A stretch of 32,869 bases of DNA from Candidatus Zixiibacteriota bacterium (GCA_040235515.1 JBECKX010000174.1:1-32869), one strand, 5' to 3'. Positions 16,855 through 26,642 are shown, counted from the first letter of the stretch. Program-made: numbers and translations. The notes: a model not told the origin generated them from the letters alone.

Positions 16855-18674
16855 CAATCGACTCCAAACTGCGCACGGTATGCGGCGGCGCCGGGGAACG
16901 CAGGTTGATCTTGTTTGCGAAGGACGAAGTTCTCCAGTACCAGCATATCGATATCGGTGAACATGAAGCAGCGGTAGGCTTCCTCAGGAGTGTTGACGAT
17001 CGGTTCGCCTCGGATATTAAAGCTGGTGTTGACAATCACGCCACATCCGGTACGCTGCTTGAATGCCTTGACGATATCGTAGAAGAGACCGTTGCGTTCG
17101 GCGGTGACGGTTTGCAGCCTGCCGGAGTAGTCGACGTGCGTCACGGCAGGGATAGATGACTTCGGCCATTTGAGGCGGTCGATGCCGGTGAGTTGTGCCT
17201 GCTCGGGCGAAGGAGAATTGCGAATAGTTTCCTTGATCGGTTCGACCAGCAGCATGTAAGGGCTGTCGCAATCGTGTTCGAAGTATTCAGCGACTTCTTC
17301 GCGCAGAACAGCTGGGGCGAAGGGACGGAACGACTCGCGAAACTTGATTTTCAGGTTCAGCCGCGATTGTGTCTCGGGAGAACGGGCATCGGCGAGGATG
17401 CTGCGTGCGCCGAGGGCGCGGGGACCGAACTCCATTCGTCCCTGTAACAGACCGACCACGTGTTGTTGATCGATTGCCTCGGCGACCAGCGCGGGGATCT
17501 GTGCCGGGTCGTGAGCCTCGAATTTTGCGCCGAGGCGATTCAGTGCTGACTCTATCTCCCCTGCCCTGTATGCAGGTCCCAGGTAGCTGCCTTGCTGGGA
17601 GTCGCCTGCGGAGGTGGTTCGATCATTCTGCAGGAAAACATGCCACGCTGCCAGAGCCGCACCGAGGGCACCGCCGGCATCCCCTGCGGCGGGCTGGATC
17701 CAGATATGCTTGAATATCTTTTCGCGTCTGATCAGACCGTTTGCAACTGAGTTGAGGGCGACGCCGCCTGCCATTACGAGATTTTCCGCACCGCTCATCT
17801 GCTGGAGATGGCGTGCCAGACGGAGCATCACGATATTTGTCACTTCCTGGATCGAAGCGGCGATGTCGAGTTGTTTTTGATTGAAGCGTGACTCGGGATC
17901 TTTCGGTTTCATGCCGAAAAGCTCGTGGAATCTGCCGGCGGTCATGGTGAGTCCCTGGCAGTAGTTGAAGTAGCGCATGTCGAGCCAGAAGGAGCCATCC
18001 TCCTTCAGATCAATCAGCTTGGCGAGGATCAAGTCAACGTACTTAGGTTCACCGTAGGGTGCCAGGCCCATTAGTTTGTATTCCCCCGAATTGACCTTGA
18101 ATCCGAGATAGTAGGTGAAGGCTGAATAGAGCAGGCCGAGCGAATGTGGGAAACGGATCTCCTTGTGGAGATCAATCCTGTTGCCTGATCCGGCACCGAG
18201 CGTGGTTGTGCTCCATTCGCCGACACCATCGATTGTCAGGATGGCTGCCTCGTCGAAGGGGGACGGGTAGAAAGCAGACGCGGCGTGAGAGAGGTGGTGT
18301 CGTGAGAAGAGGACTTTGCCTGCGAATCCCTCACCAAGCCCTTCGCGGATTGCCCGTCGAATGTGCAGTTTGTGGTGGAGCCAGAGCGGCAGTGCTTTGG
18401 CGAACGACCTGATTCCGCGTGGTGCAAACGCGAGGTAGGTTTCCATCAGGCGCTCGAAAGTGAGCATCGGTTTGTCGTAGTAGCAGACAAACTCGATGCC
18501 TGCAGCGTCGATTCCACCTTCGCGGAGACAATAGGCGATAGCGTTGTCGGGGAAGCGCGCATCATGCTTGACGCGGCTGAAGCGTTCTTCATGGGCGGCG
18601 GCCACGATTTTGCCGTCCTGCAGCAAGGCAGCGGCGCTGTCGTGATAGAAGGCGGAAATTCCGAGGATATTCAT
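16854..18674 (-). CDS. Carbamoyltransferase, NodU/CmcH (SxtI-like) family
   Basis: Motifs ILGISAFYHDSAAAL, EERFSR.KH, HHLSHAASAF, DGVGEW, EYKLMGLAPYG, GRMEFGPRALG.RS, RESFRPFAP, NTSFN.RGEPIV. Confidence 0.96.
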   Translation of the reverse strand: MNILGISAFYHDSAAALLQDGKIVAAAHEERFSRVKHDARFPDNAIAYCLREGGIDAAGIEFVCYYDKPMLTFERLMETYLAFAPRGIRSFAKALPLWLHHKLHIRRAIREGLGEGFAGKVLFSRHHLSHAASAFYPSPFDEAAILTIDGVGEWSTTTLGAGSGNRIDLHKEIRFPHSLGLLYSAFTYYLGFKVNSGEYKLMGLAPYGEPKYVDLILAKLIDLKEDGSFWLDMRYFNYCQGLTMTAGRFHELFGMKPKDPESRFNQKQLDIAASIQEVTNIVMLRLARHLQQMSGAENLVMAGGVALNSVANGLIRREKIFKHIWIQPAAGDAGGALGAALAAWHVFLQNDRTTSAGDSQQGSYLGPAYRAGEIESALNRLGAKFEAHDPAQIPALVAEAIDQQHVVGLLQGRMEFGPRALGARSILADARSPETQSRLNLKIKFRESFRPFAPAVLREEVAEYFEHDCDSPYMLLVEPIKETIRNSPSPEQAQLTGIDRLKWPKSSIPAVTHVDYSGRLQTVTAERNGLFYDIVKAFKQRTGCGVIVNTSFNIRGEPIVNTPEEAYRCFMFTDIDMLVLENFVLRKQDQPAFPGAAAYRAQFGVD

Positions 18675-18742
18675 TTCGGAGGTAATACGTGGAAGATTTT
18701 CGGAAAGAAGTCCAGAAAAAAGTGGGTGCAGGTGAAGTGTTT

Positions 18743-18785
18743 AAAAAAGCAGAGGGTGCCAAAGCACTGCTGCCGTGGCACCCTC
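18743..18785 (-). terminator. Rho-independent terminator after the HU gene
   Basis: 10-bp stem GAGGGTGCCA / TGGCACCCTC, followed by T6 on the minus strand. Confidence 0.75.
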
Positions 18786-18816
18786 ACGAGTCTTAAGATC
18801 GCTTGATCTTCAGAAC

Positions 18817-19116
18817 TTACTTCTTCGGCGGGACGATGGCGTCCTTGGTTGCCTTGGCAACGCGGAACTTCACCACTGTCTTGGCCGGGATCTTAATGGC
18901 TTCGCCGGTCTGCGGATTGCGACCCATGCGAGCCTTACGATTCGACTTAACCAGCTTGCCGAAACCAGGGAGGGTGAACTCGCCGGCTTTCTTCGTCTCT
19001 TTGATAGCGGTCTCATGAAGAGTCGCAAGGAACTTGTTGACGTCAACTTTGGTCATTCCGGTTTTGTCAGCCATCGCTGAGACGAGCTGAGCTTTTGTCA
19101 ACGGCTTACCTGCCAT
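18817..19116 (-). CDS. hup: HU family DNA-binding protein, 99 aa
   Basis: ATG at 19116 follows GGAGG. Motifs: LPGFGK, RKARMGRNPQTGEAIKIPAK..VKFR. Confidence 0.95.
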   Translation of the reverse strand: MAGKPLTKAQLVSAMADKTGMTKVDVNKFLATLHETAIKETKKAGEFTLPGFGKLVKSNRKARMGRNPQTGEAIKIPAKTVVKFRVAKATKDAIVPPKK

Positions 19117-19522
19117 TTTGGAACCTCCCACACATTGGGTTGAATTAGGTTGATTTCTCAGGCTTAAACGATGGCAACATCGATTTCGCCCTGTATTTAT
19201 CGTACCAACGGAGAATTTGATAATAGCTCTGAAAAAGTTACGCAATATAAAACTTCGCTTTTTACAACTTTTTTTCAGAAGCCCAATCGCGAATCAGCCG
19301 CTTAAATAGTGGTCGAAATCGGCCTTGAGGGCTGCGCCGAGAGGTGGGGGGATCGATGTTTGAAGTCCACGGGCGGCGCCCGGAGACAAACCTTGAGTTC
19401 TGTAACGCGTTGTATTGCAAGTGCTTGCGGGGATGGCCGTCGAAGCCCAGCCCTCGCCACGATCCGTGAGTGCGAATGAGCGCCGATCGTTTCAGCAGTT
19501 GGTAGGCGTCGCCGAAGCTGCT

Positions 19523-20656
19523 TCAGCCACGGTATTTCGGCATGATTTCATCGTCGAGAATTTTCCTGAGCCCGGGCGAAATGAAGCCGCGGCGGCCGCG
19601 AACCTGCGGTTGCCAGCCATACCAGACGTTTCCCTCGATCACGACCGGTCCGGCATTAGTGATTGCAATATCCCAGCCGATGGTGCGTAACTGCGGATAG
19701 CAGCGCTGAGCCTCGATGGCGAGTTGGTAAGCTTCATTGAAGAATGGCAGCTTGGTCCCGACCACCTGAACGCCGGTATCGGGATGGCGATCATAGCGTG
19801 TCATCTGTTCACTATCCACATAGATCAATGGTCCGATGGCGCCGTCGGATCCCACGAAGCTCGAGACCGCCCCCTGGCTGGTATTGTCCACCATGGAGCG
19901 CCCACGCCCGAACTTCAGCTGGCTCGCGAGCACTTCGATTTCGAAGTCGCTGTTGATCAGAGTGATCACGCGCAGGGTATTGGTGCAATGTGGATTGATT
20001 GCAGCCAGCGTGTCGTGCTGTTCGATGCGTTGTTGCAGGAGCACGCCATCACGTCGGTGCGGACGCCCCGCATCGAAGAGCTTGAGCATCAGGGCGTGAA
20101 TCTGTTCCACACTCATCCTCTCACCCGCAAGAGTGAGGTAGTCAGCACCGTCGCGACCACTGAACACCCAGACATCGAATCCCTTTTCACCATTGGCCGG
20201 TTTGATCACGAAGTCGGTGAGGTTGTTCTGATCCAGGATTCTGCCAATGTCGGCCGCGGTCCTGAAGCTGTGGCGCTCCGGGGTGTATCCGAAGTCAGGA
20301 TCGAAGAACCCATAGATGTATGGAGTGGGCAGCCTGGCTGCGGAGAGGACATGGAACAGGACCCATTTATTCAGGGATCCCCGTTCTCCACGCGGGTTAA
20401 GCTCGCGCTGGATCCAGCAGAGCTGGTTGTATGATGCGAAGCGTTCCTTCTCTTCCAGTGTCAGGTCGGGTGCGCTGAAGTGGTTATCAACGTACTCATA
20501 GGCTTCGAGATCGTTCAGTTGATGGAGGTGCCAGGCTTCACGGAATTGCTCCTCGAAGCTGACACCATACAATTTCCGGTGCTGTTCACCGAGCCGGCGC
20601 AGGTCGTGCTTGAATTTGAGTTTCTTGAAAAACTGAGGTGTCTTCATTGGGGTCAT
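19523..20656 (-). CDS. Sugar-transfer-associated ATP-grasp domain protein
   Basis: Motifs NKW, FVIKP..GEKG, QQRIEQH, NTLRVIT, DN.SQG, HPDTG, IGWDIAIT..GPVVIEGN. Confidence 0.88.
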   Translation of the reverse strand: MTPMKTPQFFKKLKFKHDLRRLGEQHRKLYGVSFEEQFREAWHLHQLNDLEAYEYVDNHFSAPDLTLEEKERFASYNQLCWIQRELNPRGERGSLNKWVLFHVLSAARLPTPYIYGFFDPDFGYTPERHSFRTAADIGRILDQNNLTDFVIKPANGEKGFDVWVFSGRDGADYLTLAGERMSVEQIHALMLKLFDAGRPHRRDGVLLQQRIEQHDTLAAINPHCTNTLRVITLINSDFEIEVLASQLKFGRGRSMVDNTSQGAVSSFVGSDGAIGPLIYVDSEQMTRYDRHPDTGVQVVGTKLPFFNEAYQLAIEAQRCYPQLRTIGWDIAITNAGPVVIEGNVWYGWQPQVRGRRGFISPGLRKILDDEIMPKYRG

Positions 20657-20825
20657 GGTTGCCGAAATGGATTCCTTGCGTTGTCAGGCGGCATCAATTT
20701 GCCGTCTATGGGTGGTTTCGGCAAGCATCGATATTCTCATGATCTCGAACTGCAATGGAGTTGCTTTTAGACAGGTGATATCTTAAAATTGCCTAAGCTT
20801 AAATCTAAGTAACTCAAGCAAGCAA

Positions 20826-22541
20826 ATGAAATATTTCTGGCCCTACCCGGTGCCGTTGACATTCTGGGTTCTTGGTGGAGTTTTGCTGGTTGTGGCGCTC
20901 ATACCGGGAGTGGTGGAGAAGCTAGCCCGTATTCGAGGCGTCTGGATCGGTACCGCTGCCGTTCTGCTGATCGGTTCACTTTTCCTTCCATCGCAGAATC
21001 ACATAATGGGTGATGGCATGTCGCATCTGGCCAACGTGTACCGCTACCTGGCCCGCACGGAGCCGCTGGATATCATACTTCACCAGCTGGTGCGTCTGGT
21101 CACGGGGGATATGTTGCTCAGCTACCGGATCATTTCGTTCGTAGCGCTGGGGGCATACTTGTGGGGCGCATATCTGATGAGCCGCTTTGGAGACAGCCCG
21201 GTCTCGCGGGCGGTCATTGCGCTGTGTTTTCTGTGTGTGGCGACGCTGCAATTCTATTTCGGCTACGTCGAGAGCTACACGCTGCGTGATCTTTTCATTC
21301 TCTACTTCCTCTATTTCGCCTGGAAGGAGATCAACTACCGGCGGGTTAGCTATCGGCCGCTGCTTTTCTTCGGACTGGCGACATTATCGCATTTTTCGGC
21401 TGCCGCGTTGTTGCCGGCGCTGATCTACACGTTCCGCAAACGACTCACGGTAAAGGTCTATGTGACCGCCATTGCGGTGGTGGTGCTGGGATTTCTGGTG
21501 GCAAGCAGCGTGGGATTGGGTCGGGTATTCGTGCCGCTGTTCACGTCAAGCGACAACCATTACACGCTTTTCAGCGGGCAGCATTTGCTCGACATGGTTA
21601 ACCTGGTGATCCTGATCACGCCTGCATTCTTCCTTGCCTGCTTCGGCCGTAAATCGGGTCCCCACCTGACACTTGGCTTGATCGCGCTGGCGGGAACGGC
21701 GTTGTTCACTTTCCTCGTAGATCCGAAGCTCGGAGCCTTTCGCGACTGGGACCTGCTGAGTATTTTTGCGGTTCCGATGGCGGTTATCGTTGCGATTCGG
21801 GCACCGCGAAAGAGCTGGGTTGCGGCGATATTGCTGGCATTGATCGCAGTGAGAGTACTCCCGTGGCTCTACTTCAACTCGGAACAGCAGGCGCAATTCG
21901 TCAAGGACCTGGTGTTTGATGATGTCCACTATACAGAGAAGTATTTTCAGGGGAATCAGCTTAAGAGTTTCGGGCTCCTGCTGGAGCGCATTGGCGAGAC
22001 CGAGCTGGCGTATGAGGTGCTGGGCCGCCGTCTTGAAGTCGTCCCCACCGATGACAAGACTCTGCGGATGATGGCGCCACTTACCTATCAAATGGGGAAG
22101 TTCGATGAATCATACGCCTATTACTTAAAACTGAACTATCTCGAGCCTGAGAACCCGGAATATTGGGTGCGGGCGGCATACCTGGGCTTTGTGACGCGAA
22201 ATGTCTCGCGTGCGCTGCAGTTGGTTCAGGACGCGCCGGAGGCTATTCGCAGCCGGCCCGACATACAACTCATCGCGGCCGGCCTGCTCAGTCTGGCGGG
22301 AAAGGATGCCGATGCAGTGCAGCTGGCGCTGAGGAGTGGTGGAGTCTTCTGGGAGGGACGACTTCCCTACCAGATTGCGCAGAGTTGTATTGTGATTGGA
22401 GATCTCCAGAATGCCCGGGTGGTGGCCAGCCAGGCAGTGGCGTTTGAGCCGACGAATGGTGAATACCAGAAACTGCTCAGCGAAATCAAGTCTCGGCTTG
22501 AGTCGGCTGAACCGGCTGTGACGGGAGCGCCGGAAAACTAG
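20826..22541 (+). CDS. Polytopic membrane protein with C-terminal TPR-like helical region (possible GT-C fold)
   Basis: Roughly 11-12 hydrophobic segments with loop motifs MGDG, FGYVESY and RDWDL. The soluble C-terminus has TPR-like 'LEPEN.EY' and 'FEPTN.EY' ends. Confidence 0.65.
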   Translation: MKYFWPYPVPLTFWVLGGVLLVVALIPGVVEKLARIRGVWIGTAAVLLIGSLFLPSQNHIMGDGMSHLANVYRYLARTEPLDIILHQLVRLVTGDMLLSYRIISFVALGAYLWGAYLMSRFGDSPVSRAVIALCFLCVATLQFYFGYVESYTLRDLFILYFLYFAWKEINYRRVSYRPLLFFGLATLSHFSAAALLPALIYTFRKRLTVKVYVTAIAVVVLGFLVASSVGLGRVFVPLFTSSDNHYTLFSGQHLLDMVNLVILITPAFFLACFGRKSGPHLTLGLIALAGTALFTFLVDPKLGAFRDWDLLSIFAVPMAVIVAIRAPRKSWVAAILLALIAVRVLPWLYFNSEQQAQFVKDLVFDDVHYTEKYFQGNQLKSFGLLLERIGETELAYEVLGRRLEVVPTDDKTLRMMAPLTYQMGKFDESYAYYLKLNYLEPENPEYWVRAAYLGFVTRNVSRALQLVQDAPEAIRSRPDIQLIAAGLLSLAGKDADAVQLALRSGGVFWEGRLPYQIAQSCIVIGDLQNARVVASQAVAFEPTNGEYQKLLSEIKSRLESAEPAVTGAPEN

Positions 22542-22571
22542 TCAGTTAGATCCGCGGTGCTGCGCAAATCG

Positions 22572-22600
22572 TTGACAGCGGACTCTCCGCTAGATATGAT
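22572..22600 (+). promoter_or_regulatory. sigma70 promoter of the GTPase gene, with a palindrome in the spacer
   Basis: TTGACA-17nt-TATGAT, with AGCGGA-CTC-TCCGCT at 22577-22591. Confidence 0.75.
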
Positions 22601-22609
22601 AGCAGAGCG

Positions 22610-23608
22610 ATGCCTGCAAACTTAACACCGCAATACAAGGACGCCGAACACCGCTATCGAACCGCCGGCGACGACAACGAGCGGATGACCGCGCTTCAGG
22701 AGATGTTGCGTGTCATTCCGAAGCACAAGGGCACCGAGAAGCTTCAGGCGGAGATCAAGGCGAAGATCGCCAAGCTGAAGAAGAGCGATTCAGCAAAGGG
22801 AGGGGCTGCCCGGCAGAAGAGCCTCGACAATATACCGAAAGAGGGAGCGGCGATGATCCCGCTGGTTGGAGCTCCCAACTGCGGCAAGTCGCAGTTTCTG
22901 GCCACCGTGACCAACGCCAAACCTGATGTGGCGGATTATCCGTTCACAACGCGTGCTCCGCTGGCAGGGATGATGCCGTGGGAGAATGTTCAGTTCCAGT
23001 TGGTGGACCTCCCTCCCGTGGCGCGGGAGTCGTATGAGGGGTGGATGACTTCGATCCTCTTCCGAGCCGATGCGGTGTTTCTCTTTGCCGACCTGGGGTC
23101 GGATGATTTGCTCGAGGATATTCGGAACGTGCTTGAGATACTGAGCGAGCACCGTATCAGTCTGCAGGGTCCGAAATTCGAGGTGGCAGACGAGGAATAT
23201 TCGCTTGATGAGGTTGTCAAGAAGACATTCCTGGTGGCGAACAAATATGATCGCGATGAGGACGATATACGCTTCAGCTTTCTCGTCGACGAATTCGGCG
23301 ACAGGTTTCCCTTCTACAAAGTCAATTCCATCACAGGTGAAGGGGCAAAGAAGCTGGAGACCGATTTGTTTCGCTCGCTCAATTTGCTGCGGGTTTACAC
23401 CAAACAGCCGGGTCATGAGGCGGATATGAGCGATCCGGTGGTGTTGACGCGGCCGGCAACCGTGCAGGATGCGGCGTACCAGATTCATAAGGACTTCGCG
23501 GAGAAGCTCGATTTTGCGCGGATCTGGGGAGAGGGAAAGCACGACGGGCAGCGGGTTAAGGGTGATTTTGAGGTCGCGGATGGCGATATCGTCGAGTTTC
23601 ACATTTGA
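22610..23608 (+). CDS. DRG/OBG-family GTPase with TGS domain
   Basis: MPANL N-terminus, PKHKGTE, G1 GAPNCGKS, G2 YPFTT, G3 DLPP, G4 NKYD, and a TGS region RVYTK...IHKDF...DGDIVE. Confidence 0.92.
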   Translation: MPANLTPQYKDAEHRYRTAGDDNERMTALQEMLRVIPKHKGTEKLQAEIKAKIAKLKKSDSAKGGAARQKSLDNIPKEGAAMIPLVGAPNCGKSQFLATVTNAKPDVADYPFTTRAPLAGMMPWENVQFQLVDLPPVARESYEGWMTSILFRADAVFLFADLGSDDLLEDIRNVLEILSEHRISLQGPKFEVADEEYSLDEVVKKTFLVANKYDRDEDDIRFSFLVDEFGDRFPFYKVNSITGEGAKKLETDLFRSLNLLRVYTKQPGHEADMSDPVVLTRPATVQDAAYQIHKDFAEKLDFARIWGEGKHDGQRVKGDFEVADGDIVEFHI

Positions 23609-23760
23609 AGCCTGTGATTAAACCGTCGAATTTTGTGGCGTTCGGCGCACGGAGTTGTATCTTCGCCGGTGTCCGAAAACGTGGATAGGATTGGTCCCAT
23701 AGTGAGGGGTCAGCGATAAGTCAGGAATCTGACGAGATTGTGACAAGAATGTGACGTGGA

Positions 23761-24900
23761 GTGAAAGGAGTCACTGTTTTGGATAGAATGCTGGATAAGG
23801 TAGTGGATAAGATATATGTCAGGGGCGTTATCGCGAGCTTTGCGGTTCTGCTCCTGATCGGCCTGATCGGCTGCAGCGGGAATGGCGAGGAAAAGCCAGC
23901 CACGGAGTCGCAGATGAAGGTTGATTCCACGGATGCGTGGCGCGCCAGCGAGAAGCATTTGGCGAACGTGAAGCAACTCACCTTTGGTGGACAGAATGCC
24001 GAGGCGTATTTCTCCTACGATGCGAGTTTGCTCAGCTTCCAGTCGACGCCGGAGGGGCGCGAGTGTGATCAGATTTACCTGATGAACACGGATGGCAGTA
24101 ACCGGCGGATGGTTTCGACCGGTAAGGGTGTGACGACCTGTTCGTTCCTGTCGCCGGATGGGCAGCGTATCATTTATGCTTCCACTCATGCTGCTGATTC
24201 GACCTGTCCACCCCGTCCCGACATGAGCAAGGGCTATGTCTGGAGTTTGCATCCGGAGTACGAGATCTATTCAGCCAAGCCGGACGGCAGTGACCTCAAG
24301 AATATCACCAACTCACCGCGCTATGATGCCGAGGGTGTCTACTCACCGGACGGATCGAAGATCGTGTTTACGTCGCTGCGCAGCGGGGACCTGGAGATTT
24401 ACACGATGAATCCGGATGGTTCTGATGTGAAGCAATTGACGCATGAGCTGGGTTATGACGGCGGACCGTTTTTCTCGTTCGATGGAAAGAAGATCATCTA
24501 CCGTGCTTCGCGGCCCAAGAATGCGGCGGACAGCGCTGACTATCTGTCGCTGCTTGAGGAGGACTTGATTCGACCAGCGGAGCTGGAAATCTGGATGATG
24601 GATGCGGACGGCAGCAACAAGCACCAGATTACACACCTCGGCGGGGCGAATTTCGCGCCTTACCTGCACCCGGACGGCACCAAGCTGGCCTTTTGCAGCA
24701 ATCACGAGTCGGGCGGGCGCGATTTTGATATCTACCTGATCAATGTCGACGGCACGGGCCTGGAGAGACTGACTTTCAATCCGACCTTCGATGGTTTCCC
24801 GATGTGGTCACATGACGGCAAGAAGTTTGTTTTCTGCTCCAATCGTGACAACAATATCGAGGGAGAGACCAACGTGTTCATAGCTGACTGGGTGAACTAG
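23761..24900 (+). CDS. TolB-like PD40 beta-propeller lipoprotein
   Basis: Lipobox LIGC and repeated SPDG..I.F.S / MN.DGS...QLT units. The true start may be TTG at 23779 (after AAGGAG) or ATG at 23788. Confidence 0.88.
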   Translation: MKGVTVLDRMLDKVVDKIYVRGVIASFAVLLLIGLIGCSGNGEEKPATESQMKVDSTDAWRASEKHLANVKQLTFGGQNAEAYFSYDASLLSFQSTPEGRECDQIYLMNTDGSNRRMVSTGKGVTTCSFLSPDGQRIIYASTHAADSTCPPRPDMSKGYVWSLHPEYEIYSAKPDGSDLKNITNSPRYDAEGVYSPDGSKIVFTSLRSGDLEIYTMNPDGSDVKQLTHELGYDGGPFFSFDGKKIIYRASRPKNAADSADYLSLLEEDLIRPAELEIWMMDADGSNKHQITHLGGANFAPYLHPDGTKLAFCSNHESGGRDFDIYLINVDGTGLERLTFNPTFDGFPMWSHDGKKFVFCSNRDNNIEGETNVFIADWVN

Positions 24901-24920
24901 CGAAAGAAAGATCGATGCTG

Positions 24921-24947
24921 GTGGGGCGTGTTGCAACATGCCCCGAC
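24921..24947. repeat. REP-like palindrome
   Basis: GGGGCGTGTTG-CAACATGCCCC, a near-perfect 22-bp palindrome downstream of a stop codon. Confidence 0.5.
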
Positions 24948-25014
24948 GATGCGACGCCTGTACGCAGCTTTTTGAGTAGACACCGGGCGTACGATCGACG
25001 TATAATTGAATGTC

Positions 25015-25194
25015 ATGAGCGTTAAACAAAACATAGAGGACAACCTCTCCCTGGTTGGAGAATTCTGGCAGTTTGTGCGGCACCGCAAGCGCTTCTGGCT
25101 AGTGCCGTTCTTCGTGATCATCGTGCTGTTGTCGGTATTTATCGTGCTGACCGAAAGCAGTGCGTTTACGCCATTCATCTATTCGCTTTTCTAG
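25015..25194 (+). CDS. DUF5989 / SxtK-like small membrane protein
   Basis: EFW.F...RKRFWLVP...SSAFTPFIYSLF matches the family pattern (RKK.WL.P ... APFIYTLF). Confidence 0.88.
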   Translation: MSVKQNIEDNLSLVGEFWQFVRHRKRFWLVPFFVIIVLLSVFIVLTESSAFTPFIYSLF

Positions 25195-25263
25195 GCCCTC
25201 CGAGCGGGCGATTCTTCCCTTGTGAGTCAGCCGTAACCGCGCTAATATCGTCGTTGAAGAATT

Positions 25264-26301
25264 ATGCGCGTCCTACGTTACCTGATATTTGCAGTTCTCC
25301 TGATACTGGTTCTGTTCGGGATCAGTGAGGTCGCCCTGCGGCTGCTGGGAGTCAACCCGCGTGTCGACAATCCCTTCTTCATGCTCGTGCGGGTGTTCGA
25401 GTATCCCGATTATTTCAAAAAAGACTCGCAGCTGATCTGGCGGCTGCGACCCAACCTTGAAGGGGACGATGAGTTTCTTGTCGAGGGCAACTACCGCACG
25501 AATTCACTGGGGTTGCGCGGACCGGAGCCGGAACTCTCTGCTCCAGCTACTCGGATAGCGTGTTTCGGCAATTCGTGCACATTCGGGTGGAGGCTGGCTG
25601 AGGATGAGACCTACCCGGGAAGGCTCGGCGCATTGTTAAGGGGAGGTGATGCGGGACGATTTGAGGTGATCAACTGCGGGGTACCGGGGTATTCATCGTA
25701 CCAGGGCAGATTGATGCTGGATCAGTATTTTCCCGTGCTCTCTCCGAACATCGTGACGATTTGCTATGGCTGGAATGATCACTGGGCGGCTGGATTTGAC
25801 TTGCCCGACAACGAGCAGAAGACTCCCCCGCAGCTCGTATTGGATCTGCAGAACTGCCTGTCGGGGAGCTACACCTACCGCGCGGTCAAGTACCTGCTGC
25901 TGTCACGTTCGGAGAAGTCGCGGGAGTACACCTACAATCGCAAGTCCCCTACCTATCGGGTATCGCTCGATGATTACGGAGAGAATCTTCAGGCGATGAT
26001 CGACTACTGTCGTGGGCAGGGAGCGAGGGTTATTTTGATTACCGCACCGATTGGGGATGCCGATCCCAATGAGGAGAGTTCGCTCGAGAACTACCACTAT
26101 CTCTATAATGAGATCGTGCGTTACATTGCCGAGGAAAACGGCGTCCCCCTGCTCGATGCGGCACGAATGTTCGAGGATCATCCGGAGTATTTTGACAATC
26201 CGCGTGAGGAGTTCATCCATTACAACGCAGAGGGTGCGGCGGCAATCGCAGAGAAGCTGGCGGAGATTATTAGGCCGATGCAGGCGGGAGTGCGCGAATG
26301 A
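25264..26301 (+). CDS. SGNH/GDSL hydrolase family protein, membrane anchored
   Basis: Motifs E..LR, TNSLGLRG, block I GNSCTFG, block II INCGVPGYSS, block III GWND, block V FIHYN..G. Confidence 0.9.
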   Translation: MRVLRYLIFAVLLILVLFGISEVALRLLGVNPRVDNPFFMLVRVFEYPDYFKKDSQLIWRLRPNLEGDDEFLVEGNYRTNSLGLRGPEPELSAPATRIACFGNSCTFGWRLAEDETYPGRLGALLRGGDAGRFEVINCGVPGYSSYQGRLMLDQYFPVLSPNIVTICYGWNDHWAAGFDLPDNEQKTPPQLVLDLQNCLSGSYTYRAVKYLLLSRSEKSREYTYNRKSPTYRVSLDDYGENLQAMIDYCRGQGARVILITAPIGDADPNEESSLENYHYLYNEIVRYIAEENGVPLLDAARMFEDHPEYFDNPREEFIHYNAEGAAAIAEKLAEIIRPMQAGVRE

Positions 26302-26378
26302 ATTCGCACCTACCCCGGGGCTGGAGCCTTATCGGTATGGGCTGTCGATGGGAATCTGCTGTGAGATTAGCCGTGCTC

Positions 26379-26642
26379 TCAGGCGGGATGGGTCACTCTC
26401 AAGACCAGCCAGATCACTAATCGAGAGACGAGGGCTGCTGCAAAGAGGGGCAGGACGAACTGGAAAGCTACTGCGGGACAGTAAGTCCAGAAGACAAAGA
26501 GGATGAGTGCGCCAACTCCGGCGAAGCCGACGCCACGATAGATATTGTTGTTCTTGACGGGGGCATACTCACCCACTGAGTAGATGACGACAAAGACCAT
26601 TCCGGCGGTTACCAGCAGCCAGGGGAATCCGAGGATACACAT
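26379..26642 (-). CDS. Small 3-TM membrane protein, paralogue of the adjacent gene
   Basis: 87 aa; aligns without gaps to 26661-26945. Confidence 0.75.
   Translation of the reverse strand: MCILGFPWLLVTAGMVFVVIYSVGEYAPVKNNNIYRGVGFAGVGALILFVFWTYCPAVAFQFVLPLFAAALVSRLVIWLVLRVTHPA

Noticed and set aside
16444..18674. Saxitoxin biosynthesis cluster
   Set aside because: No sxtA/sxtG or other core genes; sxtI/J/K-like genes are widespread outside toxin producers.
18817..19245. 142-aa N-terminally extended HU
   Set aside because: A GGAGG RBS and the family length support the start at 19116.
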